NCBI GenBank assembly: GCA_040235505.1
Contig: JBECKW010000017.1
Location: 8,139-72,138 of the forward strand
From: Desulfobacterales bacterium
GTDB taxonomy: Bacteria; Desulfobacterota; Desulfobacteria; Desulfobacterales; JAFDDL01
Reading direction: 5' to 3'
DNA length: 64,000 bases
The first letter of the stretch is position 1. The number at the start of each line of letters is the position of its first letter. Shown here in pieces: positions 18,031-26,800 of this stretch. Made by a program: the position numbers and the translations under genes. A model generated the notes under the pieces. The model was not told the origin of the DNA. It was given only the letters and a program-made list of their open reading frames with translations, and searched no databases.

Positions 18031-18237
18031 TTATGGATGCTTATGTCGAGGTGCGGGTTGCTCCAGACAGTCGTCTCTGAAACAGCATGCCGGTTGGTCG
18101 CAGAAATCCGAAGCGGATTTAAAACAGTCAAAATTTCCTTCAGACAGCTGAATCTCCCTAATCAGGGCTTCCTTTGTTTTTCCAAATGAAGAAATGTGGA
18201 GTTGTTTTGCCTTTTGGCGAATCTCTTGCATTTTCAT
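18031..18237 (-). CDS. Small SAP/Rho_N-like (helix-extension-helix) protein with Cys-rich C-terminus
   Basis: 68 aa. MKMQEIRQKAKQLHISSFGKTKEALIREIQ resembles the Rho_N/SAP fold. It is followed by GNFDCFKSASDFCDQPACCFRDDCL, which has 6 Cys. GGAGAG RBS. Confidence 0.6.
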   Translation of the reverse strand: MKMQEIRQKAKQLHISSFGKTKEALIREIQLSEGNFDCFKSASDFCDQPACCFRDDCLEQPAPRHKHP

Positions 18238-18377
18238 GGGGATGTTCTCTCCTGTTTTTTAGGAACTTTGGATCTGTAAAAACCCGGGGTACCCCCCCTC
18301 AGTTTCATTGCCGGATATCCTCAGATCAGGGCCACCGTCAACAAGAGAGCCGTAACGCAGACTCTCTTGTTCCCACC

Positions 18378-18386
18378 ATAATACCA
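18378..18386 (-). promoter_or_regulatory. Candidate extended -10 promoter (TGgTATTAT) for the SAP-like gene and possibly the glycogen operon
   Basis: Minus strand reads cgTGgTATTATgg. The -35 is weak (GTTGCT/TTGCTT). The predicted start site falls at the foot of the 18340-18371 hairpin. Confidence 0.3.
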
Positions 18387-18441
18387 CGGTGTCTCAAAAG
18401 CAACTGCCAAGTTGTAAAACGATGAATTTGTTAGACTATTG

Positions 18442-19833
18442 CTAGAAAGAGATGTCTTTTTCAATCACCGACCCCTCGGTGACCACCGCCGGCGTCTTCC
18501 GTGAATTGGTAATACATACCGACCCGACGATCGATACATTGGATTCGAAATGGACATCGCCGACAATGGTCAACGCGTCGCAGTTTATGAGGGACGGCAC
18601 CCCGTTTGGAAAGCGGCGGGTAAAATCGTCTATTTTGGTATAGTAGTTCGGGTCCAGATTAATCCGCATAATGCCTTTTTTCGAATTCGGATGTGCCTGA
18701 AAGCGTGAATTTTCTCCAAGAACAAACCGGTCCGATCGAAGAACCAGAAGGTCATTGCTCGTTTTGACGGGGAAGAACCGAATACGGGGAACCACCACCG
18801 CCGCTGCCCCCTTGAACAGGGAAATTGCCGCCCCCATGGCGGTTTCCACCTGAAATACCGGCGGGCTGTCTTCGTCCCTCGGGTCGATGGGTTTGGGGTT
18901 GAGAATCATGGGAAGTTTCACGACCCCCTCCCGGTCGATGATCTCTTGCAGGTGCTGCAGATTGATCCAGATATTGTTGGTGTTGAAGTATCGATACCGC
19001 CCGATATCCTGAAAAGAATTTATCTCCTCGGCGGGACACTGGGCGGACTCACGAAGCACCAGCCCTCCGCCTTTTGAATAGGCCAGATGACCGCCTTTTG
19101 CATCCGAAGGCAGCCTCTTGGCAACCTCCATCATGAAGGGTATTTCTCTCTCCGCAACATACCCCAGAAGAGAAGGGTCGAGGGATGCGCCCAGGTTGTC
19201 GGAGTTGGAAATAAGCGCATACCGAACCCCCAGGTCCAGCAATTTCCGGAGAAGTCCCGATATATGGAGGCTGATGTAAATATCGCCGTGCCCCGGCGGA
19301 TTCCATTCCAGTGTCGGATTTTCAGGATGCAAGGCGGGCATTAAATCCGATTGAAGAATCTTCGGAAACTTATGCTGAAGAAACATCATGGGGGTAATCG
19401 GTGACCCGATGCGCTCAAGCGCGGATGATGTCTCCTGCTGAGTATTGAAGCTGTTCATAAGACACAGGAGGCCGTTTTCCGCTTCCACCTGCTCCAGAAT
19501 GATTTCCAGAAAGCTCTTGCCGTTTTTGGCTTTCAGCAGCGATTTGGGGCCGGTTAGCCCCATGCTTGTCCCCAACCCACCATTGAGAACGATGCGAACG
19601 AACCGGTTGGATACGCGAAGGCCTGCTTCTTTATAATCTCCAAGCATCTTGGCATGCAGTAAATCTTCAGGCGCAACCGGTTCTATCTCCCGGTCATAAA
19701 TCATGGCGGTTCTGCCGGACACCACCTGGTCGTAGTAATACAGGAAAGTACGAATGATAGCCGGTTCAATACCCTCGGCTTCCATTTTTTCAACAATGGC
19801 GTTTCGGTTATTGGAGTTTGAAGACTCCGTCAT
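18442..19833 (-). CDS. UTP--glucose-1-phosphate uridylyltransferase, UDPGP (UGP2-like) family, paralog 2
   Basis: 463 aa. Contains VLNGGLGTSMGLTGPKSLLKAKNGKSFLEI, LISNSDNLGASLDP and YFNTNNIWINL. Roughly 60% identical to the 3744-5165 product by eye. Confidence 0.85.
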   Translation of the reverse strand: MTESSNSNNRNAIVEKMEAEGIEPAIIRTFLYYYDQVVSGRTAMIYDREIEPVAPEDLLHAKMLGDYKEAGLRVSNRFVRIVLNGGLGTSMGLTGPKSLLKAKNGKSFLEIILEQVEAENGLLCLMNSFNTQQETSSALERIGSPITPMMFLQHKFPKILQSDLMPALHPENPTLEWNPPGHGDIYISLHISGLLRKLLDLGVRYALISNSDNLGASLDPSLLGYVAEREIPFMMEVAKRLPSDAKGGHLAYSKGGGLVLRESAQCPAEEINSFQDIGRYRYFNTNNIWINLQHLQEIIDREGVVKLPMILNPKPIDPRDEDSPPVFQVETAMGAAISLFKGAAAVVVPRIRFFPVKTSNDLLVLRSDRFVLGENSRFQAHPNSKKGIMRINLDPNYYTKIDDFTRRFPNGVPSLINCDALTIVGDVHFESNVSIVGSVCITNSRKTPAVVTEGSVIEKDISF

Positions 19834-19856
19834 GGATGAATTCCTTTCCGAAAACC

Positions 19857-20648
19857 CTAAAACGCCGCCCGGATAGCGCCTCCATCCACAGGAATGGACG
19901 CCCCGCTGATATAAGCGGCCTTTTCCGAGGATAAAAACGCCGCCAGTGCGCCCAGTTCCCCGGGCTCTCCGATTCGACCCACCGGCACCGGCTTCCCCAT
20001 GTCCCCGAAGACCTCTTCTACGCTTTTTCCGGTCTGTTTCGCCACGGCCTCTCCATATTCAACAATCCGGTCCGTCCGGGTATAGCCGGGCATAATATTG
20101 TTGACGGTGATGCCGTCTTTGCCGAGCTGGTTCGCCAGGGTCTTTGCAAGTCCGTGCACCGAGGGCCGGGTGGCGTTCGACAGTACCAGCGGCGCAAGGG
20201 GTTCCTTGACCGACAGGCTCGTGATGTTGATGACCCGGCCCCATTTGGCGGCCCGCATATGCGGCACGGCGGCACGGATCAACCGCACCGCGCTCATCAT
20301 GGAAAGCTCGAACGCCGACAACCAGGCGGCATCGTCAAAGTCGAAAAAATCTCCTCCCGGCGGCCCTCCCGCGTTGGTAACGAGAATGTGCAGTGCCCCG
20401 AAATACGCGGCCGTCTTTTCCACAAGCCTGTTGATATCCTCCGGCTTGGTCATGTCGGCGGTCACCGCCAGAATGTCCGTCCCGGTGATTTTTGAAATCT
20501 CTTCTGCGGTCCGCCTGAGATCAGCTTCATTCCGGGCACAGATGGCAACTTTTGCGCCTTCGGCTGCCAGCGCCTCGGCGCATGCACGCCCCAGGCCTTT
20601 TGAGCTGGCGGTGACAAGGGCGACTTTATTTGTCAGTCCAAGATCCAT
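19857..20648 (-). CDS. SDR-family oxidoreductase (3-oxoacyl-ACP reductase-like)
   Basis: 263 aa. TASSKGLGRACAEALAAEGAKV is a Rossmann motif, NAGG is present, and the C-terminal block is ISGASIPVDGG. Lies 23 nt upstream of UGP paralog 2. Confidence 0.85.
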   Translation of the reverse strand: MDLGLTNKVALVTASSKGLGRACAEALAAEGAKVAICARNEADLRRTAEEISKITGTDILAVTADMTKPEDINRLVEKTAAYFGALHILVTNAGGPPGGDFFDFDDAAWLSAFELSMMSAVRLIRAAVPHMRAAKWGRVINITSLSVKEPLAPLVLSNATRPSVHGLAKTLANQLGKDGITVNNIMPGYTRTDRIVEYGEAVAKQTGKSVEEVFGDMGKPVPVGRIGEPGELGALAAFLSSEKAAYISGASIPVDGGAIRAAF

Positions 20649-20717
20649 GATCGTCTCCTTTTTTCGTCCTTGTACCGAAAACGGGCGGAGGTGTAAAGCA
20701 GGATTCGCCTCCCCCCC

Positions 20718-20746
20718 TTGACAAACAAATCCTGGGCGCCTATAAG
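20718..20746 (+). promoter_or_regulatory. Near-consensus sigma70 promoter (TTGACA-17 nt-TATAAG)
   Basis: TTGACA at 20718-20723, a 17-nt spacer and TATAAG at 20741-20746. It points toward moxR, which lies about 320 nt downstream. Confidence 0.4.
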
Positions 20747-21073
20747 AACCGGTGCAACTTGAACATCAGATGCCACCTCCCGATAGCCGCGACGGGCCTT
20801 GACATACTGTGTATGGTGATATTTTTCGTTGGACGTTTTAAGCGCCTGGGCGAATGTGTTCGATAGCTTTGATAATGATGCAACGGCAGCGTATGTTTTT
20901 CTGTCAGGACACGGGCGGCTTTTTCTTCAGACCCCGAAAACGGCTGCAAAAGACTTTTCTTCGTTCTGCAGTTCCCGTTTGTCGGCTGCCCATCACTGCC
21001 AGCATCTCAAACCGCAACGCCCAATTGTTTCGGCCACCGAAAAATCACCGGACATAACCCGTAAAACCTAAAG

Positions 21074-22066
<993 letters not shown>

Positions 22067-22122
22067 CGATGCGATCAGCGATCGGCTGTCAGCCGTCAGC
22101 TTTTAAAGGATGAATTTTTTCG

Positions 22123-23001
22123 ATGCTGCCCCCTGAACTGATCAAAAAAATAAAACGGATTCATATCCGAAGCGGCCGCGTGGTCAATACCATGATGGCG
22201 GGACAGTATAAATCCGTGTTCCGCGGTTCCGGCATAGAATTTGAAGAGGTCCGGGAATATTCTCCGGGTGATGAGGTCAAGAGCATCGACTGGAAAGTGT
22301 CGGCCCGGATGGGGCGGCCCTACATCAAACGATACCGGGAAGAGCGCGAACGCATCGTGATGCTCCTGGTGGACATGAGCGCCTCCGGTGATTTCGGCAC
22401 CACGGAAGCCCTCAAAAAGGAAGCCGCCGTGGAAACCGCGGCCGTGCTCGCCTTCAATGCCGTTCGAAACAACGACAAGGTGGGCGTGATTCTGTTTACG
22501 GACCAGGTGGAAAAATATATCCCCCCCCAGAAGGGCACCGCCCATGTCTGGCGCGTCATCAAGGAAATTTACACCTTCGCGCCGACACGTAAAAAAACGG
22601 ATATCGGGTGCGCCGTCCGGTACCTGGGGCAGGTCTCCAGAAAACGCGCCCTGTCCTTTCTGATCTCCGATTATCTTTCCGAAAATTATACGGGCCCGCT
22701 TAAAATCGCAGCCAAAAAGCATGAAATGATCGGGGTGCTCATTTCAGATCCCGGAGACTTTGCCCTTCCCCCGGGAGGGATGATGACCCTGGAGGACCTG
22801 GAAACCGGAGAGCGGCTTTTTCTGGATGCCTGGGACCGCCGGACCCGGCAGGCTTTCGCGGACAAACGGAAAGCGGATTACGACCGGACCCTGGAAACGC
22901 TGAAAGCCGCGGATATCGACTGCATTGAAATAAGCACCTGTGGGTCGGTGTCGGATGCGCTGATCAAGTATTTTCGGTACCGGGAGAAAATGAAACGATA
23001 G
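22123..23001 (+). CDS. DUF58 domain protein (vWA-like, MoxR partner)
   Basis: 292 aa. EEVREYSPGDEVKSIDWKVSARMGRPYIKRYREERE is the characteristic DUF58 block. Confidence 0.85.
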   Translation: MLPPELIKKIKRIHIRSGRVVNTMMAGQYKSVFRGSGIEFEEVREYSPGDEVKSIDWKVSARMGRPYIKRYREERERIVMLLVDMSASGDFGTTEALKKEAAVETAAVLAFNAVRNNDKVGVILFTDQVEKYIPPQKGTAHVWRVIKEIYTFAPTRKKTDIGCAVRYLGQVSRKRALSFLISDYLSENYTGPLKIAAKKHEMIGVLISDPGDFALPPGGMMTLEDLETGERLFLDAWDRRTRQAFADKRKADYDRTLETLKAADIDCIEISTCGSVSDALIKYFRYREKMKR

Positions 23002-23005
23002 TGTC

Positions 23006-23755
23006 ATGAGAAACCTCTGCGTCATCATCATGGGAGCCTTGATTCTTTTAGGCGGTGCGGCCGCCACCCGGGAATCTTCCGCCGCCCAGACGGCTTCCCC
23101 CGCGGGCCAGGCGGCCAATACCGGTCAGGTGACAAACACCGCCCCGGTGGCTGTCCCCGGCCAGACCGGGAAAGCCGCGCCCATGACCGACATTCATGAC
23201 ATCAAGCCCCTGGTTTCGGTGCCGGTGCCCATATCCCTGGCCGCCATTTTGCTCTGGGGGGGAATCGGTCTTCTGGCCGCTGCCGTGTTATTGGGGGGTT
23301 GGTTTTTGTGGAAACGGCGCCGCGGCAAAACGGTGGAAAGCGTCACGGCGATGCTCTCCCCGGAGGATACGGCATTTCAGCAGCTTTCGGCCCTGTCGCC
23401 GGATACCGCGAACGGAAAAGCCTTTTATTTCGCGCTGTCTGCTATTTTCAGGCAATATCTTGAGGGAAGGTTCGGCATCGACGGTCTGGAAATGACCACC
23501 GAGGAACTGCTGCCTCATGTGGAGACCCTGCCCCTTGAAAGGGATCTGAAACGGGATGCCAAGAAATTTCTGGTTTCCAGCGATCCCGTGAAATTTGCGG
23601 GCCTTCCGGCCTGCCTGGAATCCATGGAATCCGATCTCGGATTTGTCAGAAGCTTTGTCGAAACATCGGCGGCCTCCCTTCAGGCAGCGGAGGAAGAGGC
23701 CGGGCCGCCGGATGCCAAGGGCGAAATGGAGCAAGCGAATCGTGTTTCGATTTGA
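23006..23755 (+). CDS. Hypothetical membrane protein at the DUF4381 position of Bat operons
   Basis: 249 aa. It has a signal-like N-terminus, a low-complexity Ala/Gly/Thr stretch, one TM segment (LAAILLWGGIGLLAAAVLLGGWFLW) and then KRRRGK. The family call is by position and architecture only. Confidence 0.55.
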   Translation: MRNLCVIIMGALILLGGAAATRESSAAQTASPAGQAANTGQVTNTAPVAVPGQTGKAAPMTDIHDIKPLVSVPVPISLAAILLWGGIGLLAAAVLLGGWFLWKRRRGKTVESVTAMLSPEDTAFQQLSALSPDTANGKAFYFALSAIFRQYLEGRFGIDGLEMTTEELLPHVETLPLERDLKRDAKKFLVSSDPVKFAGLPACLESMESDLGFVRSFVETSAASLQAAEEEAGPPDAKGEMEQANRVSI

Positions 23756-24740
23756 AAATCCATATCTTCTGTTTCTATTGGGGCTCGTTCCCCTGCTGGC
23801 GGTGTTTCGAACCCGGCGGCGCCGTCCCCTTCACGTGGGCGTCTCCACACTTCGTCCGGTCAAAACGCTCCCCTCCGGCATGTTTGCCACCCTGGCCCGG
23901 ATGCTTCCGGTGCTCAAATACGGCGCCCTGTGCCTGATGGTCATTGCGCTTGCCCGGCCCCAGTGGGGCACCCGGGAAGTCAATGTCCGCACCGAAGGCA
24001 TCAACATCATTCTGGCGGTGGATCTTTCCGGAAGCATGGCGGCCCTTGATTTCAACAAAAACGGAAAAATCATCGACCGGCTGGAGGCGGCCAAGGGCGT
24101 TATACAGGACTTTATCAGTAAGCGCTCCGGGGACCGGATCGGCCTGGTGGTGTTCGGCTCCGAGGCCTATACCCAGCTTCCCCTCACCCGGGATTACAAC
24201 ACCATTTCGGAGATCCTCCAGCGGCTTAAAATCGGTGCCGCCGGACAGAGCACCGCCATCGGGGACGCCATCGGCATCTCGCTGAAACGTCTGGAAGACA
24301 TCAAGGGAAAATCGAATATCATCATTCTGCTCACCGACGGGCGGAGCAACGCCGGAACCCTCTCTCCCGAAGCGGCGGTGGATATTGCCGCTCGGAAGGG
24401 CGTGAAAATTTACACCATCGGTATCGGGGGTGAGGGCCGGGCCCCGTTTGCCGTGAATGTTCCCGGATTCGGCGTGAGATATGTCTATCAGCAGGTGGAC
24501 ATTGACGAAAATGCGCTGAAGGAAATCGCGAAAAAAACGAACGGCCAATATTTCCGGGCGGAAGATTTGAAGGGGCTTGAAAAAATATACAACACCATCG
24601 ACCGGCTTGAAAAGACCCAGGCCATCGTCAAAATCTACGACAACTATCGGGATCTATATCCCTACAGCCTCTTTCCTGCGTTTGCGCTGCTCGGGCTTTG
24701 GATCCTCCTGGCTCATACACGGTTTTTGAGGCTGCCATGA
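23742..24740 (+). CDS. batA: vWA-domain membrane protein BatA
   Basis: (V)FRFENPYLLFLLGLVPLL is the typical BatA N-terminus. MIDAS motif is ILAVDLSGSM. I chose the GTG at 23742. The in-frame ATG at 23712 and the ORF-track start at 23595 are alternatives. Confidence 0.8.
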   Translation: MFRFENPYLLFLLGLVPLLAVFRTRRRRPLHVGVSTLRPVKTLPSGMFATLARMLPVLKYGALCLMVIALARPQWGTREVNVRTEGINIILAVDLSGSMAALDFNKNGKIIDRLEAAKGVIQDFISKRSGDRIGLVVFGSEAYTQLPLTRDYNTISEILQRLKIGAAGQSTAIGDAIGISLKRLEDIKGKSNIIILLTDGRSNAGTLSPEAAVDIAARKGVKIYTIGIGGEGRAPFAVNVPGFGVRYVYQQVDIDENALKEIAKKTNGQYFRAEDLKGLEKIYNTIDRLEKTQAIVKIYDNYRDLYPYSLFPAFALLGLWILLAHTRFLRLP

Positions 24741-26560
24741 GTTTTTCAAACATCAACATGCTATGGCTCATCTGGGCGGTGCCGGTCATGCTTCTGGTGT
24801 GCCTCTGGGGGTTTCGGAAACGGAAAAAAATCCTTACCGAATATGCGTCGGGAAAGGGGATTTCGGCCATATCCCCGAACATATCCCCTTTCCGCCGATG
24901 GCTTAAAATTATTCTCCTCATGGTGGTAATTCTCTTGACCGCCGTCTCCCTGGCGGGACCCCAGTACGGATTCACCTGGAAAAAAATCGATCGCCGGGGC
25001 GTGGATCTGGTTATCGCCCTGGACTGCTCCCGAAGCATGCTGGCGGAGGACATCAAACCGAACCGGCTGAAACGGGCCAAACGGGAGGTGCTCGATCTTC
25101 TGGGCATGCTCCAGGGGGACCGGGTAGGGCTTGTGGCCTTTGCCGGCACCGCATTTCTGCAATGTCCCCTGACTTTGGACTATGAAGGCTTCAACCTGTT
25201 TCTGGGGGCTTTAAACCCGGATTTCCTGCCCGTGGGGGGCACCGATCTGGCCGCCGCCATCAATACCTCCGTATCGGCCTTCAATCTGGAGGATGCCACC
25301 GACAAGGCGATTATCCTCATCACGGACGGGGAAGCCACCGGGGAGAGCCCGCTGGAGGCGGCAAAGGCAGCCGCCAAGGACGGTATCAAGATTTTCTCCA
25401 TCGGCATCGGCGCCAAGGACGGTGCTCCCATTCCCAGTCCGGACGGCGGATTCGTGAAAGATCGCAAAGGCAACATTGTACTGAGCAAGCTCGACGAGGA
25501 CACCCTGAAACAGCTGGCCACCGTGACCTCCGGTGCCTATGTCCGATCGGTGGCCGGAGATATGGGTCTGGATGTCATCTACAAAAAGTATATCCGGGGA
25601 ACCATGAAATCCGCAGAACTGGGGGAGCAGAAAAGCAAGGTGTTTGAAAACCGTTTTCAGTGGGTGCTTGCCTTGGCCTTCGGGCTTTTCGTTCTTGAGA
25701 TCCTGCTTCCGGAAAGAAAGCCGGCGGCGATCTGGGTGCTGGTGTTTCTGGCCGCAGCCTCCCCCCGGCCCGTATCGGCTTCGGAATTGAAGGATGCGCT
25801 GCGTCAGGGGGAGTCCGCCTACGCTTCCGGGAATTATGACGCGGCGATACAACACTTTATCACCTCCCAGTTGGATGCTCCCGAAAAAGCGGGAATTGCC
25901 TACAATTTAGGTAATGCACGCTATAAAAACAAAGACTATGACGGCGCCATCCAGGCATACCGACAGGTGCTTGACTCCAAAGACAAATCCCTGAAGGAAA
26001 AAGCCCTATACAACATGGGAAATGCCTATTACAAAAAGGGAGATTTCGACAAGGCAATCGAGAATTATAAAACCGCTCTTTCCCTGGACGCAGGCGATCA
26101 ACAGGCCCGGGAAAACCTGGATTTTGTTAAAAAAATCAAGAAAAATCCACCCAAGCAATCGTCACAGGATCAGCAGAACCAGAAAAATCAGAAGAACCAG
26201 AAAGACCAGAAAAATCAGGAACAGAAGAAGGATAAGGACGAGGAGAAAAATAAGCAGGACGAAAACCAGGGGAAAAACAGTTCGGAGCAGCAGCAGAAAA
26301 ACACCGAAAATCAGAAACAACAAAAGGGAAACGACCAGGAGAAATCCCAGGAGCAGCCTTCCGAATCACCGAAGCAAAAAGAATCGCAACCCTCTCAGCC
26401 GGAGGAATCACAGCAGCAATCCGCCGGACAGAACCAGGCCGCCACCCCCGATGAAGAATCGCTCCGCCAGGCCGAAAAAATGCTCAACCGGCTGCAGGAC
26501 CAGCCCGGAAAGGCCATGATGCCGGCCTATGGTCAGCGGCAAGTGGAAAAGGATTGGTAG
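24737..26560 (+). CDS. batB: BatB-like vWA protein fused to BatC-like TPR region and a Q/K/N/E-rich tail
   Basis: ATGA start/stop overlap with batA. Contains MSFSNINMLWLIWAVPVMLL and the MIDAS motif VIALDCSRSM. TPR repeats include YNLGNARYKNKDYDGAIQAYRQVL and YNMGNAYYKKGDFDKAIENYKTAL. These are followed by about 130 aa of low complexity. Confidence 0.8.
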   Translation: MSFSNINMLWLIWAVPVMLLVCLWGFRKRKKILTEYASGKGISAISPNISPFRRWLKIILLMVVILLTAVSLAGPQYGFTWKKIDRRGVDLVIALDCSRSMLAEDIKPNRLKRAKREVLDLLGMLQGDRVGLVAFAGTAFLQCPLTLDYEGFNLFLGALNPDFLPVGGTDLAAAINTSVSAFNLEDATDKAIILITDGEATGESPLEAAKAAAKDGIKIFSIGIGAKDGAPIPSPDGGFVKDRKGNIVLSKLDEDTLKQLATVTSGAYVRSVAGDMGLDVIYKKYIRGTMKSAELGEQKSKVFENRFQWVLALAFGLFVLEILLPERKPAAIWVLVFLAAASPRPVSASELKDALRQGESAYASGNYDAAIQHFITSQLDAPEKAGIAYNLGNARYKNKDYDGAIQAYRQVLDSKDKSLKEKALYNMGNAYYKKGDFDKAIENYKTALSLDAGDQQARENLDFVKKIKKNPPKQSSQDQQNQKNQKNQKDQKNQEQKKDKDEEKNKQDENQGKNSSEQQQKNTENQKQQKGNDQEKSQEQPSESPKQKESQPSQPEESQQQSAGQNQAATPDEESLRQAEKMLNRLQDQPGKAMMPAYGQRQVEKDW

Positions 26561-26572
26561 GTAAATGACAAG

Positions 26573-26800
26573 GCACAAAGGCACAGAGGCATCCCGGCGC
26601 CGGGATAAACTGCGGCACAGAGGAACGACAAAAGGCCGTCGCCAAGGAATCAGATTTTGAAATCATTTTTCAAGGCACAATCATCCATGCTTTATGGAAA
26701 GTTCATGAAACGCTTCGTTCAGAACTCTCGGAAACGCTTTTTATCTTTTCCTTTGTGCCGCAGTTTTTCCCGGCGTCGGAAAGCCTCTGTGCCTCTTTGC
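26573..26800. repeat. 51-nt inverted repeat pair (44/51 complementary) separated by 126 nt, made of ggcacaaag/ggcacagag words
   Basis: The left arm is 26573-26623. The reverse complement of the right arm (26750-26800) differs from it at 7 of 51 positions. Each arm carries an internal palindrome (atcccggcgccgggat). More ctttgtg words continue to about 26850. Confidence 0.7.

Noticed and set aside
18396-18413. TTGGCAGTTGCTTTTG on the minus strand upstream of the SAP-like gene, as a sigma54 promoter.
   Set aside because: The GG and GC elements are only 5 nt apart instead of 10, so the spacing is incompatible with -24/-12 recognition.
20829-20837. The 9-mer ttggacgtt, shared with the right arm of the 34338-34521 element, as evidence for another copy.
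   Set aside because: A single 9-mer match in 128 kb of two-strand sequence is expected by chance about half the time. No flanking similarity is present.
22067-22122. Word-like sequence gcgatcagcgatcggctgtcagccgtcagc between moxR and the DUF58 gene, as a possible member of the word-repeat hairpin family.
   Set aside because: It supports only 4-5 bp local hairpins (cggct-gtc-agccg), with no long inverted partner. It is too short to distinguish from chance or a weak attenuator.
26150-26460. Periodic short DNA repeats that might superficially look like a repeat array or CRISPR.
   Set aside because: The period is only about 9 nt, the repeats are degenerate, there are no unique spacers, and the region lies in frame within the BatB/C coding sequence as a Q/K/N-rich tail.
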